A stretch of 64,000 nt of DNA from an uncultured Candidatus Saccharibacteria bacterium (GTDB lineage Bacteria; Patescibacteriota; Saccharimonadia; Saccharimonadales; Saccharimonadaceae), in the NCBI GenBank assembly GCA_947253945.1, contig CAMYAY010000003.1:22664-86663 (forward strand), given 5' to 3'. Positions 19,133-26,853 of the stretch are shown here, piece after piece (the stretch's first letter is position 1; each line of letters opens with the position of its first letter). The notes below the pieces were generated by a model. It had not been told where the DNA came from, made no database searches, and saw only the letters and a list, made by a program, of their open reading frames with translations. The translations under genes were made by a program, and so were the position numbers.

Positions 19133-20071
19133 TTATTTGCTATGAGGGAAGAGCGTCGAGAGGCTGATGCCGTTGTTTTGCGCTGGGTTATAGGTTGTGG
19201 CCGGTTGGATGGTTTGTGTTGGATCTGGGATCGGGGTCGGAGCTGGAGCTGGCTGTGCCTGAGGTGTTGGTTCTGGGGCTGGGACTGGCTGCTCTAACTG
19301 TGGTGCTGGTGCAGCGGGTTGCTCTTGTGGTGTCGTTGGCACCGTTGATATTGGCGACATGACGGCCTGCGGCTGGTAAGTTGGAGTTGGCATTGGGGTC
19401 GGAGCTGGAGATTCGGTGTCTATTACTGGTGCAGCAAGTGGCGCTTGTGGTGCAGGGGCTTCAACTGGCGGTAATGGATTAGTATCTGGCGCTGACTGTT
19501 CTAACGGTGGCATTGGCGCTGAGAGCTGTGCTTGTGGCTGCTGTTGGAGGCGTGGGTCGGCCTGCGGCTGGTAAGTCGGCTGAGGTTGTGGTTCCGGAAT
19601 TTGTTGCGGCGCTGGAGCTGCGGTCGGTGCTTCGGCGGGCTGCGCCTGGGTATAAGTTGGCTGGCTGTACTGAGCTACTGGCTGTGCTGGCGTGGGAGCC
19701 GCCTGTGGTGCTGGTTGTGCTGGCTGTTCCTGAGGTGCAGGCGTAGCTTGCTGTGCTGGTTGAGGCTGCACTAGTGGTTTAATGCTAGCCGACATTTGCC
19801 GCGGCATGCCCACTGGTACGCTTGGCTGCATACGACGGAGTGGCTCGGAGAGCAGATCTGGGTTGCTATAGGCATCGAACTCGTCGACGTTGTCGATGTT
19901 GCTAAAGCTACTTGAGCTGGTGGCAACTTGAGTTGAGGCTTGTGCCTTGGTCGGCATAGTGGTGTCCTGCGGTTCGGTCTTGGTGATGGGTTTGCCGATG
20001 GGCGAGAGCTGCACGCCTTGGAAGGGGCTGCTGGCTGGTTGATTGTTTTGATTTTGATTTTCGTTTTGCAT
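19133..20071 (-). CDS. Low-complexity Pro/Gln/Ala/Thr-rich protein
   Basis: MQNENQNQNNQ... with the remainder being PQPA repeats and no TM segment. Probably related to the N-terminal regions of the flanking DUF805 genes. Confidence 0.35.
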   Translation of the reverse strand: MQNENQNQNNQPASSPFQGVQLSPIGKPITKTEPQDTTMPTKAQASTQVATSSSSFSNIDNVDEFDAYSNPDLLSEPLRRMQPSVPVGMPRQMSASIKPLVQPQPAQQATPAPQEQPAQPAPQAAPTPAQPVAQYSQPTYTQAQPAEAPTAAPAPQQIPEPQPQPTYQPQADPRLQQQPQAQLSAPMPPLEQSAPDTNPLPPVEAPAPQAPLAAPVIDTESPAPTPMPTPTYQPQAVMSPISTVPTTPQEQPAAPAPQLEQPVPAPEPTPQAQPAPAPTPIPDPTQTIQPATTYNPAQNNGISLSTLFPHSK

Positions 20072-20127
20072 GGTTATCCTTACTTACCTATATCTTAACG
20101 CAACTTAGCGCTGAGCGCAAATTGAGA

Positions 20128-21315
20128 CTACTTTTTATTAAAAAATGAGAGGTAGCGCGGGACGTTGTCTTGCCATTGAATGCTTGGCGCAAAGTTGGCG
20201 ATAAAGCAAACAACCGGTGCAGCGGGAGTAAAGACTAAGAAGCGCAGCCAAGTCGGTTTGCCGGCATCGCAGAGGCGGCGACGCATGAGCATAAAGAGTG
20301 ACACTAGTGGGTAAATGACGGTGAACGGAAATACAAGGAGGTCGAGGAGGCCCATGCCGGATATTGCTAGGATGATACAGAGAATTATTAGAAGTATTAT
20401 CACTACTACCTGAACGGTTGCGGCGAGGATGTAGGTAAGGCGGCTGGTGCAATAACCACTGGTGGAGACGGGAATTAGGGCTTCACAAAGGATGTTTTTG
20501 AATGAATTTGGCGGCGTGGCGACAGCGGTAATGTAGTGCGGTAGCCGAGACTGAGGGACTTGGCTGGCGCCGAATTGCTGGCTTGGCAGAGTCGGTCGGT
20601 CGGCGATGATGTTGCCGGCTTGCGTGGTGAGCTGGTTGAAGGCGCTGGGGTTGGCACTACTAGTGTTGTTGGAGTTGCTGGCGGAAGTCTTGTGGGTCAG
20701 GACTGACGGGTCGATGGCAGCAAAGCCGGCGCCAGTGTAGCCACTGGTGGTTGAAGTGGTTGGCTGCGTTGAAGTGGTCGGCTGAAAAGAGGTAGCTAGC
20801 GGCGCGGCTGGTTGAAAAGAAGCGGCTGCTGGTGCAGCTGGCTGTGCCGTAAGTGGGTTAAATGGTGAAGTTGCCGCAGTTGACTGGGCAGAGGTGACTG
20901 CTGCCGCAGTCGAGGCGGCTGAGCTAATCGGGTTAAACCGAGCGGCTTGGTTAAGTTGCGTTGTCGCTACGTTAGTAGCGGTTGACATGACCGGGTTAGC
21001 TTGGGCGGTTCGATCTGGCTGAGCTGGCTGGGCAATGTTGAAGCTTTGGCCTTGAGGTGTGGTCGGCTGAAACTGTGTTGGCTGAGGCTGATCCGGTTGG
21101 AAGACACGTTGTTGTGTTAGCGGGGACTGTGCAGGCTGAGCTGTGATTGGGTTAAACTGAGATACTGGCATGCTTGGCCGAGGCGTGGTTAGATTAAACG
21201 ATAAAGCCGATGTAGTTGGCTGTTGTGGCTGGGCGGAAGTAGCTGCTGGTGTAGTTGGCTGGGCGGCGGTTAGTGGTTGATTTTGAAATGGATTAAAATT
21301 TGAATTGTTTTGCAT
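20128..21315 (-). CDS. Q/P/T/A-rich N-terminus with a C-terminal DUF805-like membrane domain
   Basis: About 280 aa of low complexity, then TM helices with MRRRLCDAGKPTW. Confidence 0.45.
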   Translation of the reverse strand: MQNNSNFNPFQNQPLTAAQPTTPAATSAQPQQPTTSALSFNLTTPRPSMPVSQFNPITAQPAQSPLTQQRVFQPDQPQPTQFQPTTPQGQSFNIAQPAQPDRTAQANPVMSTATNVATTQLNQAARFNPISSAASTAAAVTSAQSTAATSPFNPLTAQPAAPAAASFQPAAPLATSFQPTTSTQPTTSTTSGYTGAGFAAIDPSVLTHKTSASNSNNTSSANPSAFNQLTTQAGNIIADRPTLPSQQFGASQVPQSRLPHYITAVATPPNSFKNILCEALIPVSTSGYCTSRLTYILAATVQVVVIILLIILCIILAISGMGLLDLLVFPFTVIYPLVSLFMLMRRRLCDAGKPTWLRFLVFTPAAPVVCFIANFAPSIQWQDNVPRYLSFFNKK

Positions 21316-21498
21316 GTTTGTCCTTTGATTAATTACTCATATCTTACCGCGCTATCATAAATCGCGCAAGACTGAAGGCGGCGACAGAGGTGGCAGGGTG
21401 GTGCGCGAAAAATTTGGCATTTTATTTTGTTAGTGCTATAATTCAGGTATCTACCTTGGAGGCAGAAAAAGAAAAAATAAAGGAGGAGAATAAACAAT

Positions 21499-22467
21499 AT
21501 GAATAAATTACGGCAAACAGCTGTGGGGGGGGGTAAATTTTTAAGACTTTTGCCTCACGTTACTAAGTGTAGGGATGAAGTGGCTACATCAGCGCCTGCG
21601 ACGTTAAGCTTCAATCATCTCGTTTTTGCGGCGCCCACTACATTATTTAGCTTGTTAGCGTTGGCTATCGTGCCGTTGGTTTTTACTGCGCCAGCCCATG
21701 CAGACTATATTAATGTTGTCCTTGATGCACCCAATGCTACATTGAATGGTGTAGGGAAGTATTTTAGCTATAGGAATGTTATTACAGTAAACAATAGTAA
21801 TAGTTATGGTTTTACGCTTGGTATGTATGCCAATAATCCCAATCTAGTCAATAACAGAGATTCAAATTATACAATTAGTAGTGTTTCGGGGCGTGGAAGA
21901 TATCTTGGCTCTAATCAATGGGGGTACAGCATGACGGGTGATGACGGTACATTTAATGAGATACCAAGGTCATTGTATAATGCTGTAACATTGGCAGATG
22001 TAACGAACAAAGCAAAGGGCGTATGTAGTAGTGTTGCGTACTGCCATATTCCAGTTACTTTCGGCGCTAATATTGAATCTAATAAAAGCGCCTCGGGCTA
22101 TTACTCTACGACGTTAATTTATACTGTTACCAGTAAACCAAAACCGTATACCCCACCAACGCCACCGGCGCCAGATCCAGAGCCATATCATCCGTCTACA
22201 CCACCAATTGGTGGCGGGACGGGCTATCATGATTGGTGGAGTGCATGTCGCACTAGATATCCTGGCTATGATTTAGTAACTGAGGACAAGATTAGTTATT
22301 GCGCGCATCATGAAGGCGACATGGACGGCTATGCCCCGGATTGGAATTCGATATGTACTAAGAGATATCCTGGTACTTATAGCCGGCAACTTAATGCAAG
22401 GTCATATTGTATAGCTCACGAAGGCAACATGAATGACTATCCGGATGATCCTAATAATAATATATGA
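21499..22467 (+). CDS. Secreted surface-protein family member C (N-module plus two Cys-rich C..RYPG..YC.HEGDM.GY repeats). Poly-G leader in frame (ON).
   Basis: AAGGAGGAG SD. MNKLRQTAVGGGKFLRLLPHVTKCRDEV...FSLLALAIVPLVFTAPAHA is an extended signal peptide. The G9 tract at 21525-21533 encodes VGGG. Confidence 0.65.
   Translation: MNKLRQTAVGGGKFLRLLPHVTKCRDEVATSAPATLSFNHLVFAAPTTLFSLLALAIVPLVFTAPAHADYINVVLDAPNATLNGVGKYFSYRNVITVNNSNSYGFTLGMYANNPNLVNNRDSNYTISSVSGRGRYLGSNQWGYSMTGDDGTFNEIPRSLYNAVTLADVTNKAKGVCSSVAYCHIPVTFGANIESNKSASGYYSTTLIYTVTSKPKPYTPPTPPAPDPEPYHPSTPPIGGGTGYHDWWSACRTRYPGYDLVTEDKISYCAHHEGDMDGYAPDWNSICTKRYPGTYSRQLNARSYCIAHEGNMNDYPDDPNNNI
21525..21533 (+). repeat. Poly-G tract (G9) inside the leader codons of member C, ON configuration
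   Basis: GCT GTG GGG GGG GGT AAA is in frame. Confidence 0.6.
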
Positions 22468-22732
22468 CACGTATAGTTGCTATTTTTTGTAATGATAAAA
22501 TATTGCCAAGAAGCTTGATTAACTGTGTATCATGAATGATGACACGAGATAATTATTGTCCATTGGTCATTGCTAGTTGGCTTTATATTATTGTATGTAG
22601 AAATTCATTGTTCCGCTAATTATTAAATTAATAAAAAGTTTGGCATTTTATTTTGCTAGTGTTATAATTCAGATATCTACCTTGGAGGCAGAAGAAAGAA
22701 AAAATAATGAAAAACAAAGAGAAATAAACAGC

Positions 22733-23695
22733 ATGAGAAAGCATTTGACATTGGCGCGCAGTGATAGTCAATCAACTGGCGCAAATAGCAACTCCATTTG
22801 TATGGTATCGATTGCTTTGTCTTTGTTGTTTGTTGCGTCGTTGGCTTTTGCCACACCGGCTTATGCGGACAGTATTTCAATAAGCCTCGACTCTACCGCC
22901 GTTGCTCTACAGCGCAGTGGGGATTTGTATAAGCACACTAGTAGTATCCATGTACACAACAATAATACTTACGGCTTTACGCTTAGCATGAGTGCCAGTC
23001 AGCCAAATTTGGTAAACAGCAAGGACTCTACTTATAAGATAAACTCCGTTTTTGGCACCAACCAGCACCTTGCCGCTAACCAGTGGGGTTATGGCATGGG
23101 TAAGACGCCCGCTACATTTAGTTCAGTTTCTTCTGCGTCGCTGGCGGATATTACCAGCAACAATAAAGGCAGCTGCAGCGCTGTTGATGACTGTACACTC
23201 TATCTCACCTTTGGTGCTAACATTGATTCGAAGCGCCTGCCAGTAGGTAATTACAGTACTACATTGACTTATACCGCAGTTAGTAAGCCAGCTCCGTATG
23301 TACCATCAACGCCAACACCAACGCCGAGCCCACCTTCGGGTGGTGGATCGTCGGGTCATAGTTCTTTGTATTATTTATGCGAAAGGAGATATCCCGGTAA
23401 TAGTGATATAGATAGGTGGGAATATTGTTTCGATCATCATGGCGACATGAGTGGATTTGATGACTACTATTTAAATAAGACATGTAGTGAAAGATACTCC
23501 GGCGATGATGATAAGATATCATACTGTAAGGATCATGATGGCGACGTGAGTGGCTATGTACCTGATTGGAATAAGATATGTAGTAGAAGATACCCTGACT
23601 ACTATCTTGATTCTCTTAGTAAGAGGGCATATTGTTACCATCACCATGGCGATATGAGTGGCTATGTTGACTATTATCATCCCGGCGGCAACTAA
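22733..23695 (+). CDS. Secreted surface-protein family member D (N-module plus four Cys-rich C..RYP..YC.HHGDMSGY repeats). No poly-G.
   Basis: Start set at MRKHLTLARSD; the ORF track extends to 22640. Signal ends ATPAYA. ANQWGYGM and VGNYSTTLTYTAVSKPAPYVPSTPTP are present. The C-terminal repeats are CERRYPGN..YCFDHHGDMSGF, CSERYSGDDDKISYCKDHDGDVSGY, CSRRYPDYY...YCYHHHGDMSGY. Confidence 0.6.
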   Translation: MRKHLTLARSDSQSTGANSNSICMVSIALSLLFVASLAFATPAYADSISISLDSTAVALQRSGDLYKHTSSIHVHNNNTYGFTLSMSASQPNLVNSKDSTYKINSVFGTNQHLAANQWGYGMGKTPATFSSVSSASLADITSNNKGSCSAVDDCTLYLTFGANIDSKRLPVGNYSTTLTYTAVSKPAPYVPSTPTPTPSPPSGGGSSGHSSLYYLCERRYPGNSDIDRWEYCFDHHGDMSGFDDYYLNKTCSERYSGDDDKISYCKDHDGDVSGYVPDWNKICSRRYPDYYLDSLSKRAYCYHHHGDMSGYVDYYHPGGN

Positions 23696-23736
23696 TGATC
23701 TGCCTCATCCCGCTTACGCTATGATATAATAAGACT

Positions 23737-24390
23737 ATGTATTTTGAGTCTCGGGCGACGGCGGGGGCACAGCTTGCGGCGGAGTTAATTGGCGAATATC
23801 GCTACGAAAACACGGCAGTGTTGGCGCTGTCGGATGGCGGCGTGGCGGTGGGCTACCAAATAGCCATTTACTTGCACGCGGCCTTGCACCGGTTGGCGAT
23901 GGGCGAGGTGGTGATTGAGGACGAATCCATCGACTATTGCACGGTGCTGCCGGGCGGCGTGGTGGCTATCAACCCGCACATTTCGGCCGGTACGCAGGAG
24001 TACTACATGAAGGAGTACTCTGGCATTCTCGATATCCAGTTGCGCGAACAGATGTCAAAAATCAACCAGATGGCGGGTCTTAGCGACATCACGCCGGAGA
24101 TTTTCCGCGACTACAATGTCATTGTGACCGACGACGGCATTCACACCGACACGGCGATGGATGCGGTGCGAGTTTGGCTGAAGCCGGCGCGTATCAAGCG
24201 GTTGATTTTGGCGACGCCGCTCATTTCGGTTGACGCGCTCGACGCCGCGCATGTGATTTTTGACGAGCTGCACATCTTAAGCGTCAAGCCGCACATGATG
24301 GACACGCAGCATTATTACGACGTTTACGACGAACCGAACCAGCAAATGCAGCAGGCGATGATTCGCGACAGCATGCTCCACTGGAAATAG
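23737..24390 (+). CDS. Phosphoribosyltransferase-domain-like protein
   Basis: NVIVTDDGIHTDTAMDAV resembles the type I PRTase PRPP-binding loop. Otherwise uncharacterised. Confidence 0.35.
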   Translation: MYFESRATAGAQLAAELIGEYRYENTAVLALSDGGVAVGYQIAIYLHAALHRLAMGEVVIEDESIDYCTVLPGGVVAINPHISAGTQEYYMKEYSGILDIQLREQMSKINQMAGLSDITPEIFRDYNVIVTDDGIHTDTAMDAVRVWLKPARIKRLILATPLISVDALDAAHVIFDELHILSVKPHMMDTQHYYDVYDEPNQQMQQAMIRDSMLHWK

Positions 24391-24476
24391 CTAAGCACAA
24401 GCCTGTTGCGCGGAATAAAAAGTTGTGGTATCATAATTACAACACGTGGCTGAGCCACTGAAGAAAGAGGAGGAAA

Positions 24477-24767
24477 ATGCTTGACGTCTTTATTACATCA
24501 CGCGTACGGCGCAAGATTATCGTAGTCTACGCAAAGTACCCAGATTTTAAGACGCACGTGCGCGGCCTAGCCAAGCTGATTAAAGAGGACCCTGGCAACA
24601 TTCAGCGCGAGCTGAGGCGACTGGAGAAGGCGAACTTTTTGAAGGCTGAACGGCGCGGCAACACCAAAGTCTACTCAACCAACAAGGACTTTCCAATCTT
24701 TAAGGAGTTGCAGGCCATCGTCATCAAATCTCAGCAGGCGACAAAGGCGCGCAATCTGCATCAATGA
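24477..24767 (+). CDS. Small winged-helix DNA-binding protein (putative transcriptional regulator)
   Basis: 96 aa with a basic helical pattern (GNIQRELRRLEKANFLKAERRGNTKVY). Its stop overlaps the recJ start. Confidence 0.4.
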   Translation: MLDVFITSRVRRKIIVVYAKYPDFKTHVRGLAKLIKEDPGNIQRELRRLEKANFLKAERRGNTKVYSTNKDFPIFKELQAIVIKSQQATKARNLHQ

Positions 24768-26584
24768 CCCCGAGTGAGGCAAGCGGTAGCTTGCTGCAGC
24801 AAATTTTGACTAAGCGGGGCTATCGGACACCCGCCCAGCAGGCGGCTTTTTTAGACCCGAATTATGTGGCGGCGAAGCACGACCCAGCATTACTACCGGA
24901 CATGCTCAAGGCGACGGCGCGCCTTAGGCAGGCGATTGACCGCGGCGAGCAAATCACGATTTACGGCGATTATGATGTTGACGGCGTGACGGCGACGGCG
25001 CTGCTATTAGACGCCTTGCCTCGCTTTGGTGCTAAGGTGAATAGCTACACGCCCGACCGCTTTCGCGAGGGGTACGGCTTGAACGTGGCGGCCATTGAGC
25101 ACTTGCACGACGCGGGCACGCAGCTGATTATCACAGTGGACAACGGCATCGTGTCGGTGCCGGAGGTGGCGCGGGCGAATGAGCTGGGCGTGGACGTCAT
25201 CGTGACTGACCACCACAACCCGCGGGCGGAGTTGCCAGCGGCCGTGGCGGTGGTGGACCCGAAGCGGTTACAGTTCGACCACCCCGATTGGTACGATGAA
25301 CATTATTTACTGAAGCCGGCGGTGGCGGAGCGGCTGAAGGCTGCTGGGACGGCTGATGCCACTATCGCGGGCGACTTTGCAGTTAATGAAGCGGCGGCCA
25401 GTGATTACTTCGACCCGACTTATGCTGGCGTGCCGGTTTATCCATTTCTTGACCTTTGTGGCTGCGGTGTGGCGTTTAAGCTGGTGCAGCAGTTGCAGCG
25501 CGAGTTGCCGGATAAATTGCCCGACGGCCAAGAGAAGTGGTTATTGGACTTGGTGGCGTTGGCGACAGTGGCGGATATCGTGTCGCTAGTGGACGAGAAC
25601 CGCGCTTATGTGCGCTGGGGAATTGAGGTCATCAAGCGCACCCGCCGGCCGGGCATCAAGGCGTTGGCTGCCGCGGCGGGCTACAAGTTAACTGAGGTGA
25701 ATGCGGTTGCCATCGGCTTTACTTTGGCGCCGCGTATCAACGCGGCTGGGCGGCTGGCGCACGGACAGTTGGCGGTGGATTTGCTTTCGACCGACGACCC
25801 GCAGCGGGCACTGGAACTAGCGAACCAGTTAAATGACTTAAACAACCAGCGGCGGGGTTTGCAACAAGAGATTTATGCGGCGGCGATTCAGCAGGTTGAC
25901 CTTGAACAGCCAGTGGCGATTGTGTCGGGTGCGGGCTGGCACGAGGGCGTGATTGGCATCGCGGCGAGCAAGGTGGAGGAGAAGTTTTGTCGGCCAACTT
26001 TTGTGTTCAGCGACGGCGGTGAGTTCTTGAAGGCCTCGGGGCGGAGCTTCGGTGACTTTTCGATTGCCGACGCCATCACGGCGACGCGCGACCTCCTTGA
26101 GAAGGGCGGTGGTCACCGTGCGGCCGGTGGCGTGACGGTGCGGCGCGAGCACTTCGCGGCTTGGTGCGCGGCCATTCAAGATTATTATCGTTCACTAAAT
26201 TTGCCCGACCAAGCGCCGCTGTTCTACGCTCAGCCCGACTTGACAATTACCAGCTTAGATGGTGTGGACGTGGAGACAGTGCAGGAGCTCGGCAAGCTCG
26301 AACCTTGCGGCGCCGGCAATGCTAAACCGGTGTTTCTATTGAAGGGCTTTACCGTGATGGCGCGGCGCACGATGGGCGATAGCGGCCAGCATGTGCGGTA
26401 CACTTTGACCGACCTTGGCGGGCGGAGCATTCAGGTGGTGGCGTTCGATGCCGCCGACCGCTTTACGGTACTGCCCGGCGCGACAGTGGACGCTTTGGTA
26501 CAGCTCACCGTCAGCTGCTATCACGGCTTGAACGTTGAGGGCTACCTCATGAACCTTACTACCACGCTATCAGAAAAGAACTAA
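24764..26584 (+). CDS. recJ: Single-stranded-DNA-specific exonuclease RecJ
   Basis: DHH motifs ITIYGDYDVDGVTATALL and VIVTDHHNP, plus a DHHA1 region (GGGHRAAGG). Confidence 0.85.
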   Translation: MTPSEASGSLLQQILTKRGYRTPAQQAAFLDPNYVAAKHDPALLPDMLKATARLRQAIDRGEQITIYGDYDVDGVTATALLLDALPRFGAKVNSYTPDRFREGYGLNVAAIEHLHDAGTQLIITVDNGIVSVPEVARANELGVDVIVTDHHNPRAELPAAVAVVDPKRLQFDHPDWYDEHYLLKPAVAERLKAAGTADATIAGDFAVNEAAASDYFDPTYAGVPVYPFLDLCGCGVAFKLVQQLQRELPDKLPDGQEKWLLDLVALATVADIVSLVDENRAYVRWGIEVIKRTRRPGIKALAAAAGYKLTEVNAVAIGFTLAPRINAAGRLAHGQLAVDLLSTDDPQRALELANQLNDLNNQRRGLQQEIYAAAIQQVDLEQPVAIVSGAGWHEGVIGIAASKVEEKFCRPTFVFSDGGEFLKASGRSFGDFSIADAITATRDLLEKGGGHRAAGGVTVRREHFAAWCAAIQDYYRSLNLPDQAPLFYAQPDLTITSLDGVDVETVQELGKLEPCGAGNAKPVFLLKGFTVMARRTMGDSGQHVRYTLTDLGGRSIQVVAFDAADRFTVLPGATVDALVQLTVSCYHGLNVEGYLMNLTTTLSEKN

Positions 26585-26689
26585 AATTTGGCGAAATCAT
26601 TGCGCTTGTGCTATAATGCAGGTATCTAGGAGAATGGTGTAAAAATGGAGGACAAAAACAATATGAATATACTAAGACTAAACAGCTGC

Positions 26690-26699
26690 GGGGGGGGGG
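26690..26699 (+). repeat. Poly-G tract (G10 as read) in the 5' leader of family member E. Candidate phase-variation switch, currently OFF.
   Basis: ATG at 26663 has a GGAGGA SD and reads MNILRLNSCGGGVDF then TAA. With G8 or G11 it reads MNILRLNSCGGGRFLRYFPHIVKREGKIATPAP... straight into the 26854 ORF. Confidence 0.6.
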
Positions 26700-26853
26700 T
26701 AGATTTTTAAGATATTTTCCCCACATTGTCAAGCGTGAGGGTAAAATAGCCACTCCGGCGCCTCTGGCGCCAACAGCCAGCCATAATTTTGCGCCGGCAG
26801 CCGATAGCCAAGCCAATTATAAGAATTTATTAGCGGGCGGTCTCGCCCGCGGG

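Noticed and set aside
19507-19774. Plus-strand ORFs 19507..19746 and 19532..19774 inside the Pro-rich gene
   Set aside because: They are antisense read-through artefacts of GC-rich low-complexity repeats (Pro codons read as Gly, Trp or Leu on the opposite strand).
22706-22729. Mini-ORF ATG AAA AAC AAA GAG AAA TAA upstream of family member D as a possible leader switch
   Set aside because: It has no homopolymer tract and no frame relationship to the main ORF. It is probably a degenerate remnant of the leader cassette with no switching role.
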